A stretch of 64,000 nt of DNA, taken from NCBI GenBank assembly GCA_028534125.1, contig CM052816.1:16246001-16310000 (forward strand), read 5' to 3'. This document shows positions 24,541 to 37,482 of this stretch, piece after piece. This DNA comes from Lama glama (Eukaryota). Position 1 is the first letter of the stretch. Each line of letters opens with the position of its first letter. The position numbers were made by a program, and so were the translations under genes. The notes under the pieces are model-generated. The model saw nothing but the letters and a program-made list of their open reading frames with translations. It was not told the origin of the DNA and made no database searches.

Positions 24541-25289
24541 GTGTGTGTCCTAGGGAGGAAGAGGTCTCTTAAGAGCCTCTGGGAAGGGGTCTCTCAAGAT
24601 GTCAGTCTGCTGCTGTAAGCCTGCAGCTTAGTATGAAGCTTAATACAGTTTACAATTTAATATGACATTATTCTGCCATGATATTCCAAAGTCTGGCCTT
24701 TTGGATTTGGTGGAGGATCAGGGACAATGAAATGCAACTCCTTGTACCCCTTCAACTCTTTGGCTACCTCACATCTTCTGTCCCACCCTCCTCACACCAT
24801 CCAAGCTCTGATTTACTGGAGCAGAAAGTAGGGAGTCAGAGACCCCTGGGCCAGGTCCTCACCATAGGACCATAGAAGAGTCTATGATAAGAGCTCTTGT
24901 AAATCATGTCTGAAGGAGGTCAAGAGCATGATGTGGAGTTCTGCATTTCCTAATCTCATGACAAGAATAATTTAACTGAATTTCTGCTAGACCTATTTGA
25001 AAAAGATGGTTAGTTACAAGAAGCATGGGGGATTTCTGAGAAATATAGCTGCTTAATTTCAATGCCAATGATGTAGTATCTGACTAAATTGGAAGCTTAC
25101 TTAGAAATCTAACAGGAAAAATGTCAACTGTGATTTTTTTTCATTATAAAAACCTGTTCTTGAAGTAAAAGGAAATTTTTGGTTACACAGACTCTTCTAC
25201 AATGATTATGAAAATGTTGGGCAAATGAAATGCAATAGTCTCTAGCAGATATATTTTAATGTAATTCAAAATCTGTTTTTTCTCTTGAC

Positions 25290-25500
25290 ACCTTGCTTTG
25301 CAATCAGACCTGGGTTCAAATTCCCACGTCCTGGGTATACAAACTTGGGCAACTTACTCAAGTTTTCTGAGGTTCAGTTTTCTCATCTGTAAAATAGGAA
25401 TAATAGTAGAAACCTCATGAGGTTTCTATGAGTGTTAAATGAGGTAATGCATGTGTTTAGCATAGTGTCTGGCTCACAGTAAGCATTCAATAAAAGAAGT
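25290..25500 (+). mobile_element. MIR SINE
   Basis: 'cagacctgggttcaaattccc...ttgggcaacttactc...tcagttttctcatctgtaaaatagg...gtaagcattcaataaa'. Confidence 0.85.
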
Positions 25501-25714
25501 TATTTGCAGTGGTCATCTGTGGATTTGCTTCCTAGAGTCCAGTCACCTATCATCCGATAGCTGTTCAACATTTCCTTCTGGTGAAACAACATTCTTTCCT
25601 CAGTCTGTGTGGTTCTAGTGAAACTGATTCTACTCTTAGCACCAGGAGAAGAGTCTGTGACTTAGATTTAAACCAATCAGACCACTCCATCCTCCAGGCC
25701 ATAATGATTGATTA

Positions 25715-26310
25715 AAAAATGGAGACATACATAGAGTTATCATATGACCCAGCAATTTTCTCTTACATATATAACCAAGGGAATTGAAATAGGTGTTCAA
25801 ATAAAAACCTGTACATGAATGTTCATAGTAGTATTATTCATAACAATAAAAGAATGGAAACAACCCAAGTGTCCATCATCTGATGAGTGGATAAACAAAA
25901 TGTTGGTATAGTCATACAATGGAAATATTATTCAGCCATAAAAAGGAATGAAATACTAACTCATGCTACAACATGGATGAAATTTGAAAACATGAATGAA
26001 AATTGTGCCAAGTGAAAGAAGACAGGCCATATGTTATATGATTCCATTTATATGAAATTCCAGAATAGGCAAATCTATAGAGGCAGAAAGTGCATTAGGG
26101 GTTGCCAGGGATGAGAGAGAGGAAGTATGGAGAGTGACTGCTAATGGGCTTGGGGTTTCTCTTTGAGGTGGTGAAAATATTTTGGAATTAGATAAGGGTG
26201 CTAATTGTACAACATTGTAAATATACTAAAAACTCCTTAATTGCATACTTCAAAAGGATGAATTTTTAGTATGTGAATTACGTCTCCATTAAAAAAAAAA
26301 ACTAAAAAAA
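25715..26310 (+). mobile_element. L1MB-like 3' end inserted in an MLT1-type LTR (~25505-26700)
   Basis: 'catatgacccagcaatt...gaatgttcatag...tggaaacaacccaagtgtccatca...gtatgtgaattacgtctccattaaaaaa'. MLT1 text flanks both sides. Confidence 0.85.
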
Positions 26311-27119
26311 AAATGGGCACATGACCCAAGCAGGCCAATGAAAGCCAATAAGACTCAATCAAGTCCTTTAGAGCTATGAGGGGAGCAAACTAGTTCTCCT
26401 CTTACAGGACTTCAACTTGAAAGAATATAGAGTCTGAACATGCTGATCTATCTTGCTACACGTAGAGCCTGAGATTGAATTATCCAACCCAGGTGATAGT
26501 AGAGCCAAGGCATGGAGAGATATGAAGACCTGGTTACACACTGGAGTTTGTCTGGGACTTGCCTGGTTTTAGCACAGAAAGTCCTGTGTTCCATGTTGGT
26601 CACCCTAGTTGGATCTCTAAATCTATCTCTGCTTGAAATTCAGGACCCTATGTAGACTTCCAAATTATATAAATTCCCTTTTAGTTTTAGCAAGTGTCAT
26701 GAACTGGGTTTTCCAGAGGCAGGCACTGAATCTGAGTTTAGGGTTCCAGTTGTTTATTAGGGGACAATACCTATGAAACGAAGGAAGCAGAAGACTGGGT
26801 GGAGGAAGAACTCAAAATATGATGTAGGCCCTTGGACAGTCCAAGAGAGAGTTCTGGAACTAGCAGTGCCCTTTAGAAGGTCCCATACTGAGCCAAAATG
26901 GCTGGGCCATTATAGTCTTCCCTGCTTCTTTTCACCTGTAAACTTACAGTCATCTTTCAAGTGTTAGCTTAAATGTTACCTTTCGAGAAAGTCCTATCCT
27001 GAAGCTGTCAGTGATATTAAATCCCCTGGCACCTGGAGCGTGTGTAGCAGTTTAATTATTAATTATTGTTTTGTTATATGTCATCTTGCAGTCTTTAGCT
27101 TTGTGAAGGAGGGACTGTT

Positions 27120-27810
27120 CTGGTTAGCTATTTATAGATAACAAACTACCCCAAACCTTAGTGGCTTAAAATAGAGGTTAGCATAGTAGGACCCATGTAC
27201 CAGATCCAGTCTACAACCTGTATAACTGAAAAACTGAGATTTTTTTTCAGATTTTTGAGGGGTTTTAAAAGAAAACCCCTCAAATAAGAACAATACGTGA
27301 CAGAGATGGTACATGGCCTGCAAAGCCTAAAATATTTACTGTCTGGCCCTTTACAGAAAAGGTTTGCCAAAACAACCATTTTGTTATATCTCATGGTTTT
27401 GTGCATCAGGACTTCAGGAAGGGTTTGATTGGATGATTCTTTTACTCTATATGATATTGACTGGGAGATCTCAGTGGCACTCAGCTGGAAGCTGGTCTAG
27501 TCTGGAGCATCCAAGAAGGCTTCACTCCCATGTCTGGTACTAAGACAGCTGGAAGGCTGGGCTCGGTTGGGCCTTTCTCCCTTTCCACACTGTCTCTTCC
27601 TCAGGGTGGTTGGACTTATTAAAGAGTGGCTCAGGGATCCAAAAGACTGAAATGGGAACTCTCAGAGACTAGGCTTATAACTGGAGAGCATCATTTCTTC
27701 TGTAATCTGTTGGTCAAAGCAGTCACAGCCAACCTAGATTCAAAGGGAAGGGAAATATACCCCACCTCTCAATGACAGGAATGCAAAGAAGTTGCATTGT
27801 TTAATTTACA
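27120..27810 (-). mobile_element. MLT1-type LTR containing a MER58-like hAT element (~27172-27370)
   Basis: 'aaactaccccaaacctTagtggcttaaaa' is interrupted and resumes at 'aacaaccattttgttatatctcatgg'. The insert contains 'aaaatatttactgtctggccctttacagaaaaggtttgcc'. Confidence 0.75.
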
Positions 27811-30384
27811 TGAGGACCAAGTCAGCTCACTCACTATTATATTGCTAGTGCTTATATGAATGCAATAAATTTCTTGATTAAGGGATACCCTCTGGTAGAT
27901 AGAATCTGACTTATTTGTAATACAAATATATTAGATTTGCAACTAGATGAAAGCTGAGGTCTAATTGGACTCTCAGAAGCACTCCATTCCACATGTTCCA
28001 TTTTTGGGCTACCATGGGTCATCTCTGCTGTGCTGCATCTCTCAGTGTATTTGAACTTCAGTTTCCTTTTAGGTTAATGAGGGACAATGTAACCTGCATC
28101 TCACAGGATTCCTGTGAAAATTAAATGTTCTAATGAATGTGAGAAAGAGTTATAAACTAAAATTCTGTTTAACGTTAGGTTGTCATTATTGTCATTGTTC
28201 CCCAGGGTGAGGAGTGGACAAGGCCACAGTCCCTAGATCCCCAGCCCTGGAGAAGGACCCCTCAACCGCTCCACTCTTCAGCTCTTACCACTGCCAATTC
28301 CTGAGGAACAGGTGTTAGCAGGGTTCCTATGGCTATGCAATTCAGTTCTAGCGAAGGAAGATTTATTTCTCCACAGTGGCTCTAATGATGGTTCAATGGG
28401 TCTCATATTTCCATAATGATTTTGGTACCAATGCCTTCCATCCCAGGTGTTTTTGCAGAGGCTGTGGGGAAATGGGAAGCCGCACTAGCTAAACAAATAA
28501 GAGTGGTAAGTTGCATGTGACCAGCCCCTTGTGACCTGAGTGGCCTACTGTGTGCTCTAATACATGGAATAATAAAGACACTGCTGAGAAAATTCACGTT
28601 CAACTTGTCACCCTCACCCAGCTCAGAAAATGAAGTATTCTTTTCCCCAGAAGAGCCCCCTTGAAACTCTCTGTCCCAGGCACAGTCCCATACCTTTCAT
28701 TTTTTGTTCATCTCATTTTTGACTGGACGGTAGGTTTGTCTGCCTGAGTAATACTTCTTCCAACTTTTCCACAAAAGCTCATATACAGTCTGGGCGTGAC
28801 GCATCATGTGTGTGGTACGTGTAGGTCTGGGAGTGGGATAATTACTTAGAATGTAAGTAGGGATATAAAACGGAATCCCCTGTGCGAGTCTATAAGAACC
28901 CACAAGTGTATATGTGTGTAATTTAACTTTGCCCAGCCTCTAGCACAATGTCTGTGTAGCCAACAGCCATAGAAAAGAATACTACTAATAGCTAAGAACT
29001 ATTCAGCCCTTACTGTGCCAGGCACCAGGCTGAATGTTTTATACTATTCCATTTAACCTCCATAACAATTACTGAGTTGAGTACTAATATTATCTCCTTT
29101 TTACAGATAAGGAAAGGCACCTCTAAGGTTGATTAAGGTTAAAGCAACTTGCTTAGCTGCTAGTGAGGGGCAGTCAGGACTTGAAACCTCTGTCTAATTT
29201 CAAAACCCCTTCCTACACTGCTCCACAACCCCAAATCTAGGTTCTCTGCTGACAAAGATACTGGATCTGATGATCTAATGTTCTGTGACATGCCACATGG
29301 GAAACCTTATGCTCTACGTGTAATCTCCCAAAGCTTTTGTGCTTGGGAACCTTTATTAGGGACAATGTCAGAGGTGGGAAGGGTTCTCTCAATATCAGCT
29401 TTCTGACTCAGGATTGTGCGGGCATGGTCAGTTGTTGTACCCACCATGCCAAGGATTCCCTTGTAACGACACCCTTCCTTCTGCAGCCCTCTGCTTGAAG
29501 TGGCCCTGGCCCTTGTGTAGGGGATAGGCACAGACTGGACCAGGAGAGGGCCCACATAGGCTACCTATCCTCCAACAGCCTTTCAGTGGCCTGATTCTTT
29601 GGGCTCTTCCAGGTGTGTACAGAGGTAGAGGCTGTAATGCACTATTCCAGTCAACCTGGCTCACCCCAAATTTAGAATGTACAATTAAATTGTCCTGGCC
29701 AGTCACACATCTTGGTGTGATGCAGACATCAAGAGTGGGAGAATAAGTGGTTCGTGAGAAGGAGAGTTGAGAGAATAGCCTGTTTTTAGACCACCTCAGT
29801 TCTGGTTCCAGTCCCTGCTCGTCTGACTTTACATCAGTCCTTTACCATGGGTCTGAGCAAACCTGAAGCAGTCTGTATGATTAAGGGGTTAGGAATCTGG
29901 AAGCTTGAGGGGTAATCCAGGAAATGGAGATGTGAACTGTCTGACTGGGTACTGTGCAAGGAAAAGAAAAGATAAAAAATGATCCATGGAGGTGACATCG
30001 TTGATACAGGGCCTTGAGGGGAAAGAACTGCTCAGGTAGGTTGTCAAGTTGTCTGCTGCACGATGTGTGATATTAAAGTTCTCCTGCATTACCCTTGTGA
30101 TAACTTCACTAAATTCTGCATTGCACCCTAATGCTTTTGCAGTCTGGACTCTTGCTGGAGAAATGGAGCAGAATGAGGGGATAGCTGATATCTAGGTATA
30201 TTCCGTCTGTCACCAGTCTGGTTACCCTAGGATCTCTGGTTTTCAGGGTTATATGTAAATGTAGGATGTTTTCATTTATCTACCCATGTAAACATGACTG
30301 TGTGATGTGAGTATTACGAATCTGGATGTGTAAGCTGTGTGCATGAGTGTCATTGCTTGTGCCCGGATATGGGGTTTGTGGCCA

Positions 30385-30870
30385 ACTGTATTTTCCAGAG
30401 GTGGCTGGCATGATATATCCCATCCCACACATCCTCTTTACAAGATGACGGTGACACTCCTCCCATCGAGCAGTGGGCTCTCTTTCCCTCTCCTGAAATG
30501 TGGAGAGACATTTGTGACTCCCTCAACCAATAGAGTATGGCAGAGATGGTGCTATGTGACTTCTGAGGCTAGATCATAAAAATATGATGTGCTTTAATGC
30601 TTGGTTCTCTTGAGATGCTCTTTCTTGGAAATCAGCCACCAAGTTGTGAGGAGGCCAAACAGCTACTGGGAGAGGCCTCTTGTCAGCATCCTGGCCAACA
30701 GTACCAGCTGAGGTCCCAACCAACAGCCAATGTCAACTGCCAGCCATGTGAGTGAGCATCTTGCCTTAGCCGAGCCACGCCAGCTGACAGTGTGGGGAGC
30801 CGAGTCGATTCCTCCTTGCCAAGCCTTGCCCAAATTGCTAAATAAATGATTGTGAATGCTTTGTTATGTG
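30385..30870 (+). mobile_element. MLT1-type LTR
   Basis: 'ccaatagagtatggcagagatggtgctatgtgacttctgaggctagatcataaaa...cagccaccaagttgtgagga...gccagccatgtgagtgag'. Confidence 0.75.
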
Positions 30871-31384
30871 GCTATAGCTGTCTGCCCTAACTATGTGTGT
30901 GTTCCTGTGATTCAGTGCCTTTGTGGGTGCCTGCAGGCAGTACGTTTGTGTCCGATGTCTGCGTACTTGAGTAGGTGTGTGGTTGAAGTTGTTTTTGGAG
31001 ATAGAATCATGGTTTTTGCAGTTTAGCTTTGGCCTCAGTGGGAGCTGTTTGGTAAGAACCCTTTGAAATCTTGTCTGTCTTCTAAGTCTCTTCTTTTGCA
31101 TGTCTTCTCTTTCAACCAAGGAGGCTTGTTTTGCTGAGAGCAAATGCAGCTTAAATTTATTGACCTTTTTCTGGCCAAAACCCCTGGAGGTGCCAAAACC
31201 TGCTAGCAGGTAGGAGGCTGCCATTCAGAGGCCTCACATCCCTTTCACAGGGTCTGAAAATACTGTTTTTAAAATTTTCATTTTCTGTTACTGAGGCCTT
31301 CAGAAATGCACCAGAGACAGAGCAAAACACAGACACTAGGGTCCTTGACATCTCCTGAGATAGAGAGAGCTACAGTTCTTTCTT

Positions 31385-31471
31385 AATTTTTTTAAATGGA
31401 GGCATTGGGATTGAACCCAGGACCTTGGGTATGTGAAGCATGCACTCTTACCACTGAGCTATACCCTCCCC
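31385..31471 (-). mobile_element. tRNA-Ala-derived SINE (Vic-1 type), short form
   Basis: Reverse complement GGGGAGGGTATAGCTCAGTGGTAAGAGTGCATGCTTCACATACCCAAGGTCCTGGGTTCAATCCCAATGCCTCCA; diverged TSD agaga(g/a)cta. Confidence 0.8.
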
Positions 31472-31782
31472 AGAGAACTAGAAATCTTGATTGCCACCAA
31501 GGAAGCTGCTTATATGGGCTCAGGTGTGCCCAGGTCCCAGAGTAGAGTTCATCTGCCCAGGTCTTTGCCCTGCCTTGGCTGCAGTCACCCACTCCATCTG
31601 AGTGTATCCCAGGAAGTAGAGGACCCTGGTTCAGATGTCCAGTTACTCTTGGTCTCCTTGGCAGTGCTGCTCAGGTTTTGCTTCTTCCATGTTGGCAGCT
31701 TGACTTAGCTTTTCTGGGAATGCTCAGAGCTTTCTCTGGCTTCACACTCCTGCCCTTGCACTGCCTCTCAGGACCTCTAAAG

Positions 31783-31992
31783 CACTGCTGTCCAATAGAG
31801 CTTTTAGTGATGATGGAAATGTTCTATAATCTGCACTGTCCAATATGGTAGATATTAGCCACATGTGGCTCTTGAGCACTTGAAATGTGGCCAGTGTGAC
31901 TAAGGAATTGAGTTTTAAATTTTATTTAACTTTATTTAATTTAAATCTAAATAGTACACATGGCTACTGGCTACAGTATTAGACAGCAGAAC
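31783..31992. mobile_element. MER3 (hAT-Charlie non-autonomous DNA transposon)
   Basis: Near full-length match to the recalled consensus: 'gctgtccaatagagc...gatgatggaaatgttctata...agccacatgtggct...ggctacagtattagacagc'. Confidence 0.9.
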
Positions 31993-34399
31993 TCTGAAGA
32001 GTTCAGGGAGGAGAGTTTTTCTTTTTTATCTGTAAAATGGGGATAAAATCTGCCCCATCTGCCTCAGAAGGCTGTCTGGAGCAAACAATATGGTGAATAT
32101 GAAAGAGTTTTGTTATTCCCATAAGGGATCTTGAAAGAAATACAGCAGTGTGAACTAAGTGGGCTATTCTTTTAGCTCTCTGTTAATATTTCTGTTTTAT
32201 GGCCCTTGTTGGACTGTTTTGATTTGGTCTGTTTACATTTCTGTCTCTCTCTTCTGAGCCTGAGATCTTTGAGGGACTGTTTCATAGCTGTATCCTCACA
32301 GCCAGTGGCTGGCATGTAGCTTGGTACTCACATTCCAGTAAAGAAAATGTCTGGAGTCCAGAAGTGAATCCTGGAAGCAGAATTTAAAGTGTATGGTGAA
32401 AGCTGGAGTGGGGGAGGTTCAGAGAAGAGGAGGCAAGACAATAGGGTGGTGACGCAGAGAGCAAGGGCTTCTGTTCCCCACACTAAACGTTTTAGCTTTC
32501 TTCAGAGAGAGCAAGGAGCCAATTCCTGATGCCAGGAATGCTTTCACACAACTAGGTATCAGGCTTGTGGGAGGTTGAGAAAGACTGATCAGAGGAGAAA
32601 TGATCTACCCAACACATTTTGCTTGTTGAGGAAGGCCAGATTAATCATATAAATCTCTGCCTAACCAGGGCTCTGGGGGTGGGCACTATGGTTTCCTTTG
32701 ATTGGTGGTGGCAAGGTTGAAGATGGTTCCTCAGGCTCTGTACCCTTCCAAAGTTTTGCTTTACTGGGGATTGGAAGAGGGAACTTGGAAGCTCTCCAAC
32801 AGAGCTGCAAGGGAGAGAAAGCTTTTTAGTTGTTGTTTACCTATTTAAAGGAAAATCTAAAACATTTCTGCTCAGTTCCAAGAATAATACAGGGAAACAA
32901 AGAGAGAGACTACTGTGATTCCACCACCCATTCTGATCCCTGGACTTCAAACTTCCCTCCGTTATAGTCACCTTCCTTGTTTGGGGGCCATGAGAGTGGA
33001 GGTAGTCTGCGTAGGCCCGGCCCTGCACACTGATTCTAGCAGCTCAGCAGGCTTGAGCACAGAGCTAGTTCTCCTGGGAAGGTGGTTCTCAGTTAGGGCT
33101 TTTCAAGGTTTGGGGACTGGGGGACACAGGATTTCCCTTCCCCACACACTTGTGCTGGTTAGATCTGTCTCAAGAAGGAAGCCAGGCTCCTGTGAGTGCT
33201 GGCAGCTCTGTGTCCAGCTGGACTCTTGGCTCATGCATTTCTTTATTCATTCTAAGACTTGAGCTTATTCTATTTTTAAGCATCTTAATCTTGGAGTACT
33301 TTATTAATATCTTTTTATAACTTGTGTCAGGCTCAATTGTAATTTATATGTTCATTCTGCAACATATCACTGATGCAATAGATATCCGTTGAACATTTAC
33401 TATCTGTCCTCATGGTACTAGGCAGTGACACAAACTAGAATTATTCCTAGGCCCAGCTACTCACACTGGTCTCCTGGGTGTTCTATGGGAAAAGTGAGCT
33501 GTTCCCTGTCCTTTCCCACCCAGTCCCAGGGAAGTGTCTTATGTAGGGCTTTCTAATAAACTGGCACTACCTACTGCACTATTGCCCAGGGGTTGTTCTC
33601 CCTCCCTGGGCTACTAACCACTGTTTGCTCACGGTTGCAAAGTCAATTTCCCATTTGCTTGAAGTAAACATAAACAAGAAAACAGATTAACTGCTAGAAG
33701 CTCACATAATACATAGAAGAGGGAAAGGATCTCCAGAGATAAGTTGATTATTTGTTCTTATTTAGATTATCCTTTTCTCCACTCGGAAATGACCAGAAAT
33801 CACTGTGTCTGGACTCTAAGGGAGCCCCCCTTCCCATTTTACTGGGCAGGGTAAGCAACTCTATGCAAGGGGAAGGTCTAAGAGATGATATCCTGGAAAG
33901 AGAATAGGATTTTTGCAGGCACCCATATCGGGCTTAAATTCCCAGTTCTACTACTTTTGTACTGTATGACCTTGCTTAAGTCCTTCAACATCGTTGAGTC
34001 TCAGCTTCCCTATCTATAAAAAGGGGCGGGGGGGGGTGACAGTTATAACCTTAAAAAGTTTTAAGTAAATATAATGTATATGCAGCACCTGGCAGATATA
34101 AATGAGGTATTCAGTGGTAGAGCAGAATTAGAGCTGCAGATGACTTACTTTCAAAATAATTGGTCGTTGTCAATTCACACAATACATAAGTATATAAGTA
34201 GGTGACTTGTAGGCGGTCTATTCTGCATGAATTTTCTAAGGACTATTTACTGCTTGAGACTAGGCTTTGTACTCAGTCACACCAGTTTGATTTATTTTTA
34301 CGCCCTACCACCTCTAATTTCTTTCTGATGATCCTTCCCCTACAAAGAAATTAAGCTATTGGGAAATCAAAGACAAATTTCAAAGTTCTATTTTCCTCT

Positions 34400-35170
34400 A
34401 GTTTAGACGCAAAACCAGGCCTACAGCCATCTGTTCCGGGCGTCTCTCACGCCGGCGGAAGGATACCGGAGCGAAGGAGGTTTGAACTGGTGGACGCTGA
34501 GAGGCGGGGCTTAACGGAAGCCGGAGAGGGGCGGGGCTGGTAACTCTGAGTGCGAGAAAGGGAGTGAGGCGGCTGCCGGCTGTTCTAGAAGACGGCAATT
34601 GGGCGACGAGGCGAGTGTCGTAATAGCTACGCGCTCAAGGCGAGTGACGGAGGCCGCCTTGTCTGCGTATCGGGAGCTGGTTGTTGCTGCGGCCGCCTGG
34701 AATTGTGGGGGTTGTGTCTGCCCCTCGGCTGCCAGGCGGGAAGCCGAAGGTAGGGGCCAGTGTGGGCCGGTCGGCCCTGGGCCTGGGTGGGGGGCTCAGG
34801 GCGCTGCCCAGGCCTCCTCCTGCCAGCGTCCCCGGGGCCTTCCCAGCGCTATTCCTAGGTCCCCACGCACCCCACCTAGTGTCTCCGAAGTGGGCCGTAC
34901 AACTAGGCCCTCAGTGTTGTCTGCAGACCTGGCCTCTCAGCCCAGGGGTCGCCTTCCCTACCTTTCCCGCTGTAAACGTCTCCAGTAACCCTGTTAGTGC
35001 CAGGAGATGAGGCAGTGGGTTTCCGAGACTGGCTTCGGCTCCGCAACTGTTTTAGTTTTCTTCCCTGTTCCCTTTTCCCGGCCACAGTTTCTGCGTTTGT
35101 GTAACCGCTCCAGAACCTTGCTGGCGACTCTTCACTATAGGGAATTGCACCCTACCCGCGTCGTATTTCC
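34400..35170 (+). promoter_or_regulatory. CpG-island promoter (TATA-less, housekeeping-like)
   Basis: The only CpG-dense stretch in the window. GC boxes at 34501 (gaggcggggc) and ~34528 (gggcggggc); ETS-type CGGAAG at ~34456 and 34516; YY1-like gccatc at ~34426. Confidence 0.88.
34545..34749 (+). other. Probable non-coding first exon of an unidentified gene or lncRNA (start approximate)
   Basis: Donor AAG|GTAGGG at 34749/34750 followed by G-triplet-rich intron start. No ATG in 34500-34749. Downstream sequence appears T/G-skewed by eye. Confidence 0.6.
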
Positions 35171-37392
35171 ATTCCTATTGTGTGTTTTCCTTTGCGTTAG
35201 GAGATGAAATACTTGACTTTAAAGTAGGGTTACAGACTTTGGTGTGTTTGAAATCACCCAGGAGGTTTTGCATAGCTCTGGGTTCTATTCACAGGAATTT
35301 TGGATAAACGGGGGCATGGGCACCTGGCGTCCTCCTCAGGTGGTTCTGATTCAGGTGGTCCTGAAATCCTCCCTCTGAAATTCTCTGCTTCAGAAGGCAG
35401 GAGAAAATGAATTGAAATTGGAACCCTATTTCAGGGGCTCCAGATGGGAAAGACAAGGAGTCAGTAAATGCTCAATATCTAAGAGGCCAGTGGGGGCTTT
35501 CTTTGCACTGTAGCAGCCAGAGGGCTTAAAAAAGTTAATAATAATTTAAAAAATATGACTTATATGTAAGATTAGTTTTTTAATAGCTATTTAAAAATGC
35601 TTGACCTCCATTCAAGTCCAGCTGGCTTTCTGACGTAAATAAAACAAAATTGACAAACTACTTTGGGGGCTTGAGGAAGTTAGATTAAACCGAGTCTAGG
35701 TAGGCAGGAAAAGAATGAATCTTACATGTTGGCTAAGAGAAGAAACTGATATTTATAAACACTTGTTTTGACAGTGTGAAAAATGCGTTGTTTTGTATCT
35801 GTGTGTCTGTTTAGCTCTCAACCCAATTAAGCTGTTTTCTTTTCTGGTAATAGCCAGATTTGGAGATTGGATAGGATTTTGATGGGAACCAGGGCATGAG
35901 GATATCAGGATTGATATCTGTATAACATGGATCAGGACTTGGTTTGGAGCTTCACTTGAGAGCATGGCCTTTAGGTTTTTAAGATCTTGCTACACCAGAT
36001 TTGTTTTAACCTTTCTTTTGGATGTGTAGTGAATTTAATCTGCTGGTTAATGCATGTGCTGTTCTGATGAAATCGGCAACAGGAAAGACTTATTGCCCCA
36101 TTATACAGATGGTGGGAATGGGGAATATGTTGGTAGGGATGTGGTAGCCCAGGAATGAGAAGTTGCCTTGTCTTCTGATTCTTGCTTTCTTCTCCTTCCC
36201 TAGTGTCTTTGAATGCCTCCTATTACTTACTTCTCTGCAGAGGCCAGGTGTGTTTCATTGGCAGGAGAAAAGACTAATTGCTCCTCACTCTGGCCTAGCT
36301 CCTGACGCTGAGGGCTGCCTTTTCTCTTGAGTGGCTCCTACCCTTCTTTCTTCTTTCAAGCTGCCGGGGAGAGGCCTCCACCTCCTTCATTTCACCCCTT
36401 TAATCGTGTGAACCCCATTATTTTGATTTCTCCTTTTCCCAGAACTCTTGAGTGGCCTTGCCTCCCCCAACCTGATCTCCATTGGCCTGGTTCTGTCTTC
36501 TAGGGCCCATGTGGCTGGCACTCAGTAAATGTTAGTACCTCTTCTGTTCTTTTCTGCCTTGTAGCCAGAGGAGGCATAGTCCAAATTTACCAGCCATGGG
36601 AACGTTTGTGCGCCCACTTACATTTCAGTCTCGGGTTGGAGGTGAGGCTGACTTGCATTCCTGTGTGTTCTGCTGGCATGAGGTAATTTCCTTCTTCTCC
36701 CTTAGCAACTTTTATCCTCTATTCTCTTTGCCTTTCTAAATCTTAGGGGTGGAGCATGGCAGCAGAAGCTGGCAAGTAGCGCCAGAAGTTGGAAGCCATC
36801 AGTGATAGTTCAGTGTTTACGGGTAAGTTGTTAAATGGATTGAGGGAAAAGCCTCTGAGAGTGTGATAGAACTTGGCAGGGGAGAGCTGAAGAAGCTTCT
36901 GGTGTCTGCATAACAGAGGCTCCTGGAGCTGGCTGCTTGTTCAAGTTTTGGCTCTGCTAGCTTTTGGTTTCAGGTCAAGGGGCATCCCTTCCAGGTGCCT
37001 CCGTTTCCTTGTCTGCGAAATAGTAGTAAGTAACAGTGGCCACTTGGTAAGGTTATTGTGAAGATTAAATGAGATAAATTGAAAACCATGTAGCTCATTA
37101 CCTGATGTGCATTAAGCACTATTATCATTATATCACTTTTAGAATTTATAGATTGTAGATGCAGAGTGGAAAGGCATGTAACACACCATTTTCTTCCCCT
37201 TTCAAATGGTCCTCCCTTAAAAAAAAAAGACTAAGTGAAACTGAAAAATAACAAAATAGGTTTCAAATAGACATTCCAGAACTTAATTCTCAATGAATGT
37301 TGTTCTCCTTTAGAATGGTATGTGTAGGTGTAAGTGGTGGGGGTTAAGGGTAGCATCACTTAAGAGATACGGACTTTGTCCAAAGCAGTTTT

Positions 37393-37482
37393 TTTTTAAA
37401 AATTTTATTTTTTTTGGGGAGGAGATAATTAGATTTGTTTATTTTTAGAGGAGGTACTGGGGATTGAACCCAGGGCCTCTTG
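37393..37482 (-). mobile_element. 5'-truncated Vic-1-type SINE
   Basis: Only the B-box half and tail are present ('ggaggtactggggattgaacccagggcctc'). Exact 16-bp TSD tgtccaaagcagtttt at 37377 and 37483. Confidence 0.85.

Noticed and set aside
31396..31471. tRNA-Ala-like gene
   Set aside because: The anticodon arm is degenerate and there is an A-rich tail and TSD; it is a SINE copy like those at 2.1, 37.4 and 41.8 kb.
34545..34749. Naming the host gene
   Set aside because: I do not recognise the exon and no coding exon is in the window, so any symbol would be a guess.
34599..35010. 129-aa and 109-aa ORFs in the CpG island
   Set aside because: They have non-ATG starts, run across the splice donor and show GC-driven composition with no recognisable homology.
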